64,000 bases of DNA from contig NC_057719.1 in assembly GCF_004010195.1 (NCBI RefSeq), positions 42,062,239 to 42,126,238 of the forward strand, written 5' to 3'. The notes below the pieces were generated by a model. The model had not been told where the DNA came from and searched no databases. It saw only the letters and a program-made list of their open reading frames with translations. Shown one piece after another: positions 38,784 to 52,700 of this stretch (positions are counted from its first letter, which is position 1; every line of letters starts with the position of its first letter). A program made the position numbers and the translations under genes. This stretch comes from Chiloscyllium plagiosum (taxonomy: Eukaryota).

Positions 38784-40095
38784 TGGTTTACTTTTAAGTA
38801 GAGCATGGATCATACAATAGCATATAGTCATCAACATTCACACAAAACGTTAGTTCTCATCAGTTGAGTCAACTAATGTATAATTGCTACTTTCCTCTTG
38901 TGCAACATCTGTTTATTGTGACAACATATTTCTTCAAGCTTCTAATTTTAAAAATCTGCTTTGCATGCTTGAGATGAATACCTGTTTGATGACAAATGTA
39001 CTATTTAAGGCCAGGTGGGGTGATCTAACAAGACTGCTGTACAAACTGACTCAGTGTAATTCATTAGGTCAACAAATGGGACTCGCATAAGAGTAAAGGT
39101 GTGTCACCTAACAGATTCATTAGAAGTTACAGAGTCAATTTCCTTGTCCTGTGCTGTACATGACTGCCCCCAGGTGGCTATACATTAGTATGAAATCAGT
39201 CAGTGGTCCCAACTGAAGGGTGACAACAAACTTTACTAAAACAGCTGTGTTGCAAATTAAGGGAAGGAAACCAAAGGATATACCATGTACAGAAACAAGC
39301 GAAACACCAGAAATATCAGACTAGCAAAGTGAACACCTAGAGATTGATATAATGTCAGGAAAAAATTATTGTTATTGAATATTTTAGACAAGTAATTGGG
39401 AACAGCTTTAAGGAAGTGGAAAGGCTTGATTGAAAGTGTGAAAGGGTTCACATAAGCAGAGTTTTGTTAATTTGTTCTTATAAAGAGGACATCACATTAA
39501 TTATTATGGAGGTCTGGCTAGATGACTTCCGACAGCACTTTTCAAGTATTCTTAAATTCTATGCATCAATAAATGAACTGTTTTCATTATGACTGAAATT
39601 TTATTTCCTGACAAAGGCAGCAATATACACCATAAAATATTTCACAACCTCTGACCACAACTTGGAGATATATTAGTTCCATATTTAACATAAAGACATT
39701 TAGTGTTACCAAGCCACAAATATGAAAGATTGTGGTTTAGAAATATTGGTGAGTATTCTTCTGATCTTTTCATACAACTTTGGCCAAATCAGCAGATATT
39801 TGTGAGCAACCATGAAACTAGCATCTTTTATCAGTTCTGTGGCAGTTCTATCAAAGTTGTAGGCAAGGATCGGAGATTCCTCTACTGAATAAAACTATCC
39901 CTCTGCATTCTTAATGTTTACTTTCCATCAGAAGAAAGTTTCACCAACAGATCATTACTTCAGTGTTATTCCTCTATTCAATAATCTTAGGTTACTATAG
40001 ATTGTCTTGTAAGTGTGGTGCAAGGAACACGGATTCAGAACGGTGAACTTAAAATTGATGTCAGGAAGGTATATGGTGGACTAACTCCATATAGT

Positions 40096-40220
40096 AGAAA
40101 GTGAGGACTGCAGATGCTGGAGATCAGAGTCGAGACTGTGGTGCTGGAAAAGCACAGCAGGTCAGACAGCATCCGAGGAGCAGGAGAATTGACATTTCAG
40201 GCATAAGCCCTTCATCAGGA
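40096..40220 (-). mobile_element. Solo PLE terminus beginning at the hammerhead core
   Basis: Minus strand cctgatgaagggcttatgcctgaaatgtc...; TSD aactccatata (40083-40093) / aactccgtata (40221-40231). Confidence 0.8.
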
Positions 40221-40299
40221 AACTCCGTATACTTGCCTTTGGCCAATATCCCTTATCATCTTAGCTTAACAAAAACATATCAATCTCAGATTTAAAATT

Positions 40300-41035
40300 A
40301 ACAATCGATGTAGCATCATCTGCCATTTGTGAAAGAGAGTTCCAAACATCCTCCACCCTTCACATATTGGAGTACTGCCTAATGTCTCTCCTGAAGAGGT
40401 TAGCCCTAATTTTATCTACTCCTCCTAGTTCTAGAATCTCCAACCAGTGGAAATACTTTATCCATGTCTACCCTATCTTTTTCTGTTACTATCTTGAAGA
40501 CTTCAATCAGATGACCTCTTAATCTTCTAAATTCACATGAAAACAGGCCTAATTTGTGTAATATCTCATCATAACATCACCTCTGAAGTCCAGATATCAT
40601 TCTTGTAAAACTAGATTGTACTCCCTCCTGGGTCAGTATATCCTTCCTAAGGTGTGGTGTCCACATCTGCTCAAAGTGAGGTCTAACTTGGATTTTGCAT
40701 AACTTTTGCATGACCTCTGCATCCCTGTACTCCACTCCTTTAGATATGACAGCCAGCATCCTATGAGCCACCTTGATTACTTTCTGCATCCATTTGTGAC
40801 ATTTTGAAGATCTGCGCACCCGGAAACCCATCCCACACCTACAATTGTCTTTGAACAATCATTGTACTTAACTTCATACCATCTAGAAAGTAATCTCACA
40901 CTTGCTTACATTGAACTCCATCTACCTCAATTTTTCCACTCAGTCTATCAATTTCCCTTTCTAACTTTATGCTCTCATGTACACTGTCTACAATGCTGCC
41001 TAACTTTGTGTCATCAGCAAATTTGGATGTATGAC
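40300..41035 (-). mobile_element. Old CR1 LINE fragment
   Basis: ISKGVEYR..VRPHFEQMWTPHLRKDI...FTRMISGL; SKFADD near 41010-41025. Confidence 0.8.
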
Positions 41036-43809
41036 TTTGCGTTGTTCTCCTTATTTTCATTGCTTGTCGTAAGAATTACGGAAATGTATATGAATGTTGT
41101 TATTATTGCACAGGTAAGAAAATGATGAGAAAAGGAAAGCCTCACAGGAGATTATAGAGACAATTTCTACGTCCTATAGGGTTCACGATAGAATGGTAAT
41201 GTTACAAAAATAACGTGATTGTTTCTAGACCGATCAGTTTTGGAGAAACAGTTACCACCAGAAACAGGCAAGAATCTTTGAATATATGAGAAATACTTTA
41301 AATGTTATCTGCAGCACAAAATTGATGCTTCCTTTTACTCCCAGTGCTTCACACCTCCTTTTGAAAGGTTTCTGCAAGTTCTTCATATTTGGTCACTGTT
41401 CTGATGCAACCAGATCCAGATAGGTCACCTTTCGAGAGTCGCTGAGTTAATGTAGATTAGGTGAATTCATTTAAAAAGTCCAGTGCTATTTTCATGAGAT
41501 TGCTGCAGGATAGAGTCCACTCATCAACTTGCTGGTGTGTGCTCAAAATGAATATCACCTCTATCCCCATATTTCACCAAAACTAATTTGTTGTTTTCGC
41601 AAGGCAGTGCAACAAATTCAAAGTGCATTCCGAGGACAAAAGAAGCTACCCCTTTCAGAGAGAGTCTTCTCATTCCGATAAATGATGCAAATATATTATT
41701 TGTTTACCAAACTAACATAGAAGCATTGTACTTTACAACACAGAATGAAGCTTTTAGGCAAGTCACACTACCAGCTCTTTACCAGAGTCCTCAGTCCTTC
41801 CAATAGTTCGACTTTTACAAATTCCCTATTAAAGTTATAATGGTTTCTGCCTGTAGCAAAGTAGTCTGTAGTCTAACGAAACTCAGTGTATAAAACCTGA
41901 TAACTAAAACACATTGACAAAATCTTCCAAAATCAGTTTGCTAATAATATTGAATGGTCTACACGTTCTAAAGGATGCAGCTATGTCTTTGATCTCTAAT
42001 TGTGTTTGAAAAAGTAGTAAATGAATGATTGATTCCCTCTCTTTGAAGCAGTCTAAATGTAAGATCTTATAATTAATAAATAGACCAAAGTCAATCAAAT
42101 GAATTGTTCTTTCAAGTCCATAGAACACCCTAATTCCATAATATGTGGTTGGCTATCAATGTCCTCTAAGGTGGCCTAGATTTTAGTTTGAAAATAGTTA
42201 TAGTAGAACACAACCATAAGAGAGATAAAAAGCAAACTAACAGACAAAAAAAAGATATCATAATATGACAAAACTTAAGTTCATCTCAGACCAATTGATT
42301 GCAAAGTCCTTAAATTAGAAATATTGTACAGGCCAGTCAAACCATAGCATGACACTCTTCATCATGTGATATGGGACCATTGTTGTGCTAGGTGTAACAA
42401 GCTAAAAATTCATCTAAGAGCTCAAATTTGGATATCCAGGAGTTCCTGTGGGTCATGAATGGCAATCGCATTGTATACAGTCACAATCTGTAACCTTATG
42501 GTTTACTGCAGCTATGACAAAGAGTTGCCTTAGTTCCAAAATGGGAGGCAATAGGTTGGATAAAACAATCCCACAATTAACAGATCGGAGAACCAAAACA
42601 GAACCTTATGCAACCAGTTGTGAGTGGTGTGAAAACAATCAGATAGAAAGGGCAGGAGGCTCAAAGAACCTCTTTGTAATGATGAAAGTTAGTAAAGGAG
42701 TATGGCAGACAGGTTGTTTGACCCTATATCCTAAATAAATCCAATGGGCTGCTTATATTTATCATCGTTATAATGCCTGAATTTCTTAAATTGAAAGCTT
42801 ACTATATTGACGATTAGTGCATTTTTAAATGTTGCAAAGGTTTGAATGAGATCAAGTGTACCCTCTTAATTAAAGATAATATAAAAATATTCCCTTACAG
42901 GAATAAATGAGAAAATTATTGGCTATAGTTTAAAAATAGAATAAAGGAAATATCTTTAAGCTTTAATTTGTACATACATCTTTTTAATAACAGTATGTGT
43001 GGACTAAAAGATGGTTTTACAAATAATTTGATGAAACTATTACCATATAATTTCCTTATCCTGAAGCATGTTTCAACAAAATAATTATGGTAAATATGAT
43101 GACTGGTGATTTAAAGCATGAGTGCAGAAAAAGGATTCTAAATTTGGTTCATTGTCTTAAATCATATTGCTTGTACATTGATAAATGATGGCACTATTTC
43201 AAAGCCCTTCTGTATGCCCATGTTGCTGTGTTACATATAACAGCACTTACAATTAAACCGCAAAAGCATCACTGTTGAACCCATAAAATGATACTACCTT
43301 CTAGGTTGTTTTTTTTATAGGTTATAAATCAGCATTGTATTTTTATAACCAAATCTTTTATGGCTTACAGATCTGCTGTAAACAAAAGAAAACTACAAAC
43401 CGTGTTGTTTTTGAATCTTTAGTCGCATTCTTACAGTCATATTCCCAAATATCTATGGTTTGTTTATTGCTCCGAGCACCATTAAACAGGATTTAAAACG
43501 TACATAATACATGGTGAAACAACAAGCAAAGTAAGATTGTGCTTACTATAATAGAAAATATGTAAAGCCTTGGAGTTAAATATACTCATTAAATATGCAC
43601 ATTTTACATAGTTGTTTTGTTTCTCAGGAGCATTTTTCTACTACATGATTTACTCATACTATGCCAGTTATCTCCCATACATTTAAAGATGGCTTTGCTA
43701 AACAGACTTTAAAATGTTTGAGCTTGTACCTCAACCAGTCATTACTGAGAAAATCTATTTTTAAATCCATGTAATCCAGTAATCTTAAAACCATGAACTC
43801 TCATTGGCC

Positions 43810-45942
43810 AGGTGGTTGTTTTTTGGACTGGAGGCCTGTGACCAGCAGTACTCCACAGGGATGAGTACTGTGTCCACTCTTATTTGTCATTTATGTAAAT
43901 GATTTGGATGAGGATATACGAGGCATGGTTTGTAAGTTTGCAGATGACACCAAAGTTGGTGATAAAGTGGACAGTGAAGAAGATTACAAAGAGATTTTGA
44001 TCAATTGGGTCAATGGGCTGAGAAGCAGCAGATGGAGTTTAATTTGGATAAAGGTGAGGTGTTGTATTTTGGTCAAACAAACAAGGACGGGGCTTATACA
44101 ATTAATGGTAGGGTGCACGGTAGTGTTGTAGAACAGAGGCAGCTAAGGGCTCAGGTACATAATTCTTTAAAGCTTACATCACATGTAGAGTGGGCAGTTA
44201 AGAAAGCTTTTAGCATGCTTGCCTTCATTGCTCAGATCTTTGAATTTCGGAGTTGTGGTGTCATGTTAGTTGGCGCACCATAATTTTAGTAAGGCTTTCA
44301 ACAAGATCCCTCATGATAGACTCATCCAGAAAATTAAGATGCATGGGACCCATGGTGACTTGGCTGCATGAATTCAGAATTGGTTTGCTCATAGAAGGCA
44401 GAGGGTAGTGTTGGAAAAGTGCTTTTCAGGCTGGAGGTCCATGACTGGTGGTGTTTCGCAGGGATCCATACTGGGATATCTGCTGTTTGTGGTATATATA
44501 AATGGCTTGGATGAAAATATGGATAGGTGGGTTAGTAAGTTTGCAGACAATGCAAAGATCAGTAGAGTTGTGTATAGTGTAGAAGGTTGTCAAAAGATAC
44601 AGCGGGATGCAGACCAGTTGCAGGTATGGGTGGAGAAATGGCAAATGGAGCTTAATCCGGGTAAGTGTGAGGTGCTGCACTCTGGGAGATCAAATGTTAG
44701 GGAAACTTCCTGAAAGTGGACATGCAAGTAAATAGGATGGTCAAGAAGGTGTATGGCATGCTTGCCTTTGTTGTTGGGGGAATTGAGTACAAGTGTCATG
44801 TTGCAGTTTTATAAAACTTTGGTTAGGCCACACTGTCAGTATTGCCACATTAAAGGAAGGATGTGGAGGCTTTGGAGAGGGTGCAGAAGAGGTTTTACGA
44901 GGATGTTGCCTGGATCAAAGGGAATGAACTATAGGGAGAAGCTAGAAAAACTCCGATTGTTTTCTCTGGAGTGGCGGAGGCTGAGGGGAGATTTGATAGA
45001 AGTCTATTAAATTATGAGATGCCTAGATAGGGTTAACCGTCGGAATCTTTTTTCCAAGAGTTGAAATGTCTTAAACTAGGGGGCATGCCTTTAAGGTGGG
45101 AGGAGGAAGGTTCAAAGGAGATGTGAGGGGCAAGTTATTTTTCCCACATATTGATAGGAGTGTGGAATGCGCTGGCAAGGGTGATGCTGGTGGCAGATAT
45201 AATAGGAGGTTTTTGGGGACTTTTAGACAAGCACATGAATATGCAAGGAATGGAGGGATATGGACCAAAGACAGGCAGAAGAAACTAGCTTCATTTGGCA
45301 TCATTTTTAGCATAACATCGTGGGCCGAAAGACCTGATCCTTTGCTGTACTGTTCCATGTTCCATGTTCTATGTTCTATGTTGAGGTTGTAAAGGACATT
45401 GGTGAGGCCTCTTCTGCAGTAGTGTGCACAATTCTGATCACCCTGTTATAGGAAGGATATTGTTAAATTGGAGAGGATTCAAAAAAGATTTACCAGGAAT
45501 GGAATGGAAGGTTTCAGATATAAAAATAGACTGGAAAGACTGGGACTTTTTTCACTGGAGCATAGGAGATCAAGGGATGACCTTTATTGAGGTTTATATA
45601 ATCATGAAGGGGCAGAGATAAGGTGAATGACAAGAGTCTTTTCCTTAGGGTGGGGGAGTCAAAACCAACTTTTATATTTTAAGGTGAGAGGAGAAAGATT
45701 TAAAAAGGATATTGGGCAACATTTTTTACACAGCAAGTGATTCATGTATGGAATGAACTGCCAGAGAAAGTGGTGGACACAGGGACAGCTACAACATTTA
45801 GAAGACATTTGGATAAATTCATGAATAGGAAAGGTTTGCAGAGATATGGGCCAAACACAGTTTGGTTTAGTTGGGGAACAAGATCAGAGTGGATTGGTTG
45901 GACTGAAGGGTCTGTTTCCATCCTGTATGACTGTATGACTCT
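43810..45942 (+). mobile_element. Two nested CR1 copies (outer 43810-~44248 and ~45380-45942; inner ~44260-45380)
   Basis: Two KFADD/KFADN motifs and two 3' tails (ttctatgttctatg at ~45370; tatgactgtatgactct at ~45930); the outer copy resumes in register after the inner tail. Confidence 0.85.
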
Positions 45943-46624
45943 GGGTATGCCTGGGGTTCTGCTTTCTCAAAACAGCAAGGTAAATACAGTCTAATCTGTA
46001 CTGCAGATTATTTCAGGTCAAGTTTTGTTGAAATACCACAAAATAAGAATGATAATGCTTAATTAATAAGTTGTTCAAAAACAAAATTTTTCTGCACCGA
46101 TTTCTATAATTTGAACCTCAAAATAAAATTTTATATGCAGTAAAATGCCACCTGATTCAATCTTTTAATGTGTGTATAAAAAATAAAATAAGCTGGTCTG
46201 GTACATGCTGCCATTACAGCGTTATATTTCTAAAAGTGGATGGATTACTGTCATGCTTCCCCTCTGCTGAATTTATTACCAAGAAACTATCTGTTTAGTA
46301 AATTATTGCGATCTTGGAATCTTCCCAAATGGTTCAGTAAAAGTAAAATCCACCCAAAAGCCCGAAGCATTTCGTGGGAATTCAGGAGGTGCAACAAATA
46401 CTGACCATGCCAGGAATACCGCATCTGGAAAAGAATTACATAAAGATTGAGACTTCATTTCAATGCAAGTGGTATCCTGCAGGCAGTTCCAAGGAAACAA
46501 AATCTGGCAGACTCTGTACCAAGTCAGCAAAAACTGGGCCTGATGGAAAACATATAGAAGCAGTACCACATGTATGCAAGTACAGGCCAGTATTAAACCA
46601 CAGCATTTTTGTCAAGTGGGGATT

Positions 46625-48030
46625 TAGATTTGGCTTGATTTATTACTGTCACATGCACCAAGGTGAATTGTAAAGTGTTGGCTTATGTACTTTGTAGGCA
46701 GATCATACTGTAATAGTGCATCAGTGTAACAGAATAGGGAGGAGTTAAAGCTGCCAGGAAGATGATCAACAATAACATAGAATCCATACAGTGTAAAAGC
46801 TGGCCATTCAGCTCAACAAGTCCACACCAACTCTCCAAAGAGCATCCCACCCAGTCTCACCCTATCCCTGCATCCTCCATGGCTAATCGCTTAACCTACA
46901 CATCCCCAGACACTATGGATTATCTAGCATGACCAATCCGCCTGTACATCTTTGGACTGTGGGAAACAAACTGGAGCACCTGGAGGAAACACACACAGAT
47001 ATGGCTTAACCTACACATCCCCAGACACTATGGATTATCTAGCATGACCAATCCACCTAACCTGTACATCTTTGGACTGTGGGAATCCAACTGGAGCACC
47101 TGGAGGAAACACACACAGATATGGGGAGAACATGAAGTGCTACGCAACCCAAGGCTGGAATTGAACCTGGATCCCTGGCACTGTGAGGCAGCAGTACTAA
47201 CCACTGAGCCGCTGCAAAGAGATTATTTCAAAAGTCTAATACAGTGGGGAAGTAGCTGTTCTTCAATCTATTCACACCTGTATACAAACGTTTATTTCTT
47301 CTGTCCAATGGAAGACAGTAAAAGAGTATAACTGGTATAGGAGGGTTTTTTTTATACTGTTGGTTGCTTTCCCGATGCAGCAGGAAATATAGATGGAGTC
47401 AACAGATGGAAGGTTACTTTGTATGATGGACTGGGCTCAACTCTCTGTAGTTTCTTTTGGTTTTGCTAAGAGCAGTTGCTATTCCACACTGTGATGCATC
47501 TAGAAAGGATGCTGTCTATGGTGCATCTATAAACATTTCTGTACATGCAAATTTCCTTAGCCTCCTGAGGAAGGAGAGGCATTGCTGTGCTTTTGTAACT
47601 GTAGTGTCAACGTGGGTGAACCAGGACAGGTGATCATCATTCCCAGGAATTTGATGCTCTCAACCAACTCTATCTCAGCACCATTGATGCAGACAGGGGA
47701 GTGCCCTCCACTCTGCTTCCTGAAGTCATTAACCAGCTCTTTCATTTTGCTGATGTTGGTGGAGAGATTGTTGTCTTTACACCATGTCATTTAGTATTCT
47801 CTATCTTTCCTGTACTCGATCTCGTTGTTATTTCAGATCTGACTTACAATGATGGTTGGTCAGCAAACTTGCCTATGGAGTTGGAGTGGAATTTGGCCAC
47901 ACAGTCGTGGATGTATAAGGAGTGTAACAGGAGGTTGAGTACTCAGAATTGTGGTGCACCAGTGTTGAAGATTATCATGGAGGAGGTGTTACTGACTGTG
48001 ATCTGTGGTCAGGAAGTTGAGAATTAGGTT
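46625..48030 (-). mobile_element. Rex1/Babar-clade LINE relic with a nested SINE
   Basis: WCKDNNLSTNISKMKELVNDFRKQ..PVCINGAEIELVESIKFLG (Rex1 post-RT signature); GAPQFCVLN near 47940-47960. Left boundary uncertain. Confidence 0.75.
46777..47212 (-). mobile_element. HE1-like SINE with an internal ~118-bp tandem duplication
   Basis: gcttaacctacacatccccagacactatgg...acacacagatatgg at ~46889-47004 and ~47004-47125; A and B boxes at ~47160-47210 on the minus strand. Confidence 0.8.
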
Positions 48031-50224
48031 TCTTCCTGACTCCAAAACCATAAATACAAAACAATTTGGAGCCCTTTTCCACAGCAGCTATCAAAAGTTA
48101 CATTAAGGATTGCTAACGAGGCATTCTCTAGTAAAATGTAGTAACGTTATGCTCCATAATGACACCCTCTAGTTGTCCTTCAAAATTGCAAATAGAGCCA
48201 ATGGTGGTCATTGGTGCTCCCCTAATCCCATTCACTCCATTCACCTCGCCCCATTACCCACGTTTCCTGTGGCAACCACCCCATTGCCAAATAAAAAATG
48301 ACCAAGAGCAATGTTGAAAATGATGCCCATCTCTAAAATTATATCTGGGCGAAACTGAAGCTGGGTGATAAGAGTAACCCTTGAAACAACTATCTGTTAC
48401 AAAATATGCTTTACACAATCTTGGGCTGGATTGACGATTGAAGATACATGATACCAGTGTTTGCATTAATTAAATAGTATCTGAAAGCGTAAAAATGGAT
48501 GTTGAAGTAATTCCTCAACATTAAAGGCCAGAGTGGTTTTGAATCCACAGATTGGAGGAAAATTTGACAATGTTTGCAAGCTGTACCAAAGGAAATGCAT
48601 AGACATTCACGTGGCCAAGGTAATCACCGATCCATTCTATTTTGTGCTAATTAGGTGACATCTAATAAATGCCCAGTCAGCATTGGTAAAGCGTCAATGT
48701 AAAATGCTTCAAGGATACACCCATTGAAAATGAACTGATAAATTCATCATATATAGAGAGGGTTTTTGCTTTGTGATCAGACTCCGGGCATGTTCCCCAA
48801 GTTATAACAGTTCCAGACAGGATTCCAGAAATGATCAAATTCCCAAGTGAGAAGGGATGAACCGGCTTCCCATCTTTATTCTCCCGCTTGGTTAATCACA
48901 ATTAAATTATTTTATCCACTTTTCCTGTGCCAGCCACCCCATTATAGCTCCCTCATTGCTAACTTTCCCCCAAATCAAATGAATTAATGTTTTAAAAGGA
49001 GGCAATTTAACCAGGCTCTGTCAAATTAACAATGAGTGAGTTTATTAGTTAATAAATGTAGGCAGAAATAAGAGTGCAACTTACATGCACACAAATTACA
49101 TGAGTCCACGTAAACATTAAAAGATATACATGTGCGTCAGTCTCTGGGTCATTTGCAAAGAGTAGATAGTGGAACATTGATTGTCAAGTAGTTGATTTTG
49201 AGATTCTTGAATTTGCAAATTAATTGACATTCTTTTGTGTTGTTTCATTTTGAACGTTATTAGTGATAGTGACTGTAGATCAAAGACTTCTGTTCAGATT
49301 AAAAAACACAGCAATGACACCATTGTATCTTGCATAACAAATATCATATATCTATACATATCCATATAATACATCTAATACTATATATAAAATTTACAAT
49401 ACACTCAATGGTGGAGTAACAGTGCAGCATGGAAGCAACAAACTATTGAGCAGATTCATTAAAAAAACATATTATCCACTAATTCGTTCACAGATACACA
49501 CTTTTGCAAATTTAGCCTAATCTTGTGATGTGCCTTGTCACCAGAGGGAGATTTTCATAGAGTTTGTGAGGTGATTTCAGAAACTCTATGTTAGGCCCAA
49601 CAGATTTTGATAACCAGCGTTAATTGATGGCTCATTGTTGTTCTGCTCATGTGCTGCAAGGAATGATTGGGCAATCAGGATTTCTGCTCAAAAGGTGAGA
49701 CCCTTTGTTGGAGGGTTGGTGGGATTAGCTCAACCCAGATTCAAAACTGTCGAGATAAAATTTAATTCATGTTCATATGACCTCCAAGGTATGCAACCTC
49801 AGTCGTCAAATGAGATAGACTTTGGTAGAATGTTGCTATCATACACAGGTCTAAAATTAGAAATAGGTCTAAAAGGTCTGAAAGGTCAATGTTTGATTGG
49901 GCACAGTAGACATATCCAAGTCAGAAGGACTTAGAGTGAAGAAGAACCTAGTGTGCTGTTTCTGAAGAAATGTAGGTCTACTCTGCATTAGGAATATTTC
50001 TGTGTGTGATAATGCTATGTGATGTGATTGAAAGAGAAGCTCTCTCAGTTACATGAGCTTGCAAGAAAGTTTCAGACTAAATATCCAACTAAAGGTCTGA
50101 ATTGAAAGGGATTGGAAACCTTCAATTTCACTACCGGTAAGAAGAAATCCAAAAGAATGCTTCCAAGAATACAAAGATTTCAACTTTGCATGATAAGGAT
50201 TAATTGCAATACAGAGTACATTCA

Positions 50225-50547
50225 GAGTCAGAGTTGCACAGCATGGAAACAGACTCTTCAGTCCAACCCACCCATGCTGACCAGATATCGTAAATTAATC
50301 TAGTCCAATTGGCCGATATCTGTTGAACCCTTTCTATTCATGTATCCATCCAGATGCCTTTTAAAATGTTGTTATTGTACAAGCCTTCAACACTTCCTTT
50401 GGCAGCTCATTCCATCCACCTTCTGCATGAAAGAATTGCCCCTGAGGTCCCTTTTATACCTTTCCCCTCTCACCATAAATCTATGCTCTTAAGTTTTGGA
50501 CTCCCCTACCCTGGAGGAAAAACAAATTGGCTATTCACCCTATCCAT
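50225..50547 (-). mobile_element. CR1 3' fragment cut by the ERV-A LTR
   Basis: CR1 3' UTR and ORF end, stopping abruptly at ctattcaccctatccat|TG. Confidence 0.85.
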
Positions 50548-51288
50548 TGTGGTGGGGAAAATCACCAGCCTTGGAGTCAGAGTCGGGGTTCAGTGATAGA
50601 GTTTATTGTACAAGAAAATACCAGAGCTCCGGGGAGAGAAAGATACCAACAGCACAGTGGTCAGATGCGATTCTTCTCTCAACCTGGAGCACATGTCAAG
50701 ATACTTTTATACATTTTGTGATACAATAGGTCAGTGATGAGGTTATTGGCTTTGTAACATGGCTTGTTTATTGTAAACATTGCAGAATTGTTGATAATTT
50801 TGATGCAATCATTGTCAGTTCCAGCGCAGTCTTTATTAATTTCAGTGCGGTCATTGTCAGTTTCAGCGCAGACATTGTCAGTTTCAATATCTGCGTGGAT
50901 GTCCATTGCTGTAGTAATGAGCGCTAATCGATCTTCCTGAGAAGGACGATTACTGCAGCCCTGGCTATTATCACTCTGCATTGAGTCTGTATCAAACTGT
51001 TAACATTTCTATCAAAGGTGTTGGCTGGACCTAGACACTTTGACAGGCCGTGTACGTAACTCATGTGTATTCTCTCCCCAACCCGCCTTAAACCAATCAA
51101 CTAGATTGTGAGTGCATTGTGCTGGCATTCTGGTGGCCCCAGGCAGTATCTGCATTTACCTTGCTGCCTCTCTCCATACTGTGATCAGGTGGCCATTTTG
51201 TGTGTCAAGTGGCCAGCTTATGGCTCAGTGGCCATCTTGTGTGTCCACGCGCCTTGTGTCACCCTGACCTGTGCCATCTTCCACTTCA
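50548..51288 (-). repeat. ERV-A 3' LTR
   Basis: TG...CA termini; TATAAAA (minus) at ~50705-50711, AATAAA (minus) at 50602-50607; colinear with 57342-58074. Confidence 0.92.
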
Positions 51289-51300
51289 CTCCCCCCTTTG
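51289..51300 (-). promoter_or_regulatory. ERV-A polypurine tract
   Basis: Minus strand caaaggggggag directly before the LTR start tgaagtgg. Confidence 0.85.
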
Positions 51301-51329
51301 TGGTCAAGGAGACAACTTCGGAGATCTCC

Positions 51330-52700
51330 CGCAGACTACCCAATTCACATGTAGAGGCAGGTCATCTCTAGGAGCTCCTCCTCCCGAGGGGTATCATGGA
51401 GTCCAATTTTGTTGGGGGCCCTTCTGTGGTGACACTCGCTGCTGGTGCAGTTCTCATCAGTAGCACCTTACAGCAGAGCTTTAAACCCGAGGCCCACACA
51501 GAGTACCAGCAGGAGTGCAATGAGGAGAATTATCTCGTGTGCCAAATAGGGTCCCCAAGATTTACCTAGCAACCAATTTAACCAGCTGTCTGTAATTATG
51601 GCTCCCTTTCGAAAATTGTCGAGCTGGTCTCAAATATTCTTGATGGCTTCTGTAATATTATAAGAGGCATCAATAACGTGGGTAATATAATTGTCACCAA
51701 TAATTGTACAAACTCCTCCTTGCTGTGCTAATTGATAATCCATCGTGTAACATGCCTGCTGTATGTAGCGTCTGAGTTCAGCCAACTCTGTATTAATTGC
51801 TTCCAGAGCTTTTGAAGTATTATTGCCTCAGATAGTCAGGCCAAATACAAGGTAATTTTGGTTTTGAGCGCTGATGACTTCTGCTGCGTTTCCCCCCGCC
51901 CCCAAAAGATAGCGATCCCAAGAATCCATATCCCAATGATGACCCCAAAGTGGTGGGGACCTGCCAGTCAGCACAGAACTCCTGACTGATGGCGCAGGTC
52001 ACTATCCTTCTCCAAATATGCCCCCCGCTAGGGCATGGTACAGTAAGGGGTGCAATTGTCCCTACTACGAACAGGTTTGGGAGGTCTGGGGTGTCTGTCG
52101 CATAAGTCCCCTTAAATAGAAAAACAAATCCCTTTGCCGCTCGGTAACATACATTGTCCTGTCCTTCCAGCTGTCTGTCCACCCATGTCGCCCCTGATCC
52201 CCCAATTGCCCCTCCACCAGCTGGTAAGTATTGAACGGGTATGTCCATGTGGCACAGCTGACATGGGTGCCATTGCACTGATCACATATGAACTGTCTGC
52301 CCGCAGTGACATTCAAGCATGCCTGCTCGCTGCAGGTGCAGGTAAACCATCCCCTAGTGACTGTACAGCGCTGATAAGTGCACTGAGTCTGGACGCATGA
52401 GTCGTTTTTGGGAACCAGGGTATAAACACATGCCCATCCCTGCCCTGTGAAACAGAATGGGTAATTACTGGGTTTTAAATGGGTTTCCCTTCCCTAGGCT
52501 GGGGGACCCAGCCCCATTGGCCAGTGGTCCTGCCCAGCTGCACACATCTGCCCTGGAGTCCCCATTTGTATTTCCCTATCTGTCCCTTACACGGCACTCC
52601 CAAGGTGTCTACTGTATATGGGTCGCGAGGGGTCCACACTGGGATAGCCACAAATAGTGATTCCACTGATCACACCAGTGGGTAGCAGACAGTTCGGTTC
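51330..52700 (-). pseudogene. env: ERV-A env (SU and TM), disrupted
   Basis: TM: GNNTSKALEAINTELAELRRYIQQACYTMDYQLAQQGGVCTIIGDN (heptad repeat, immunosuppressive-like domain, degenerate Cys loop), then WLNWLLG and the membrane anchor IILLIALLLVLCVGL. Confidence 0.88.

Noticed and set aside
46290..46673. Possible host exon (ORFs 46374-46673 + and 46303-46569 -)
   Set aside because: No recognisable domain and no consistent splice pair with an open frame.
48254..48466. Candidate minus-strand exon (taacag...gtaatg), open in two frames
   Set aside because: Neither peptide is recognisable and no partner exons were found.
48770..49250. Possible old LTR fragment
   Set aside because: No clear termini, partner LTR, PBS or TSD.
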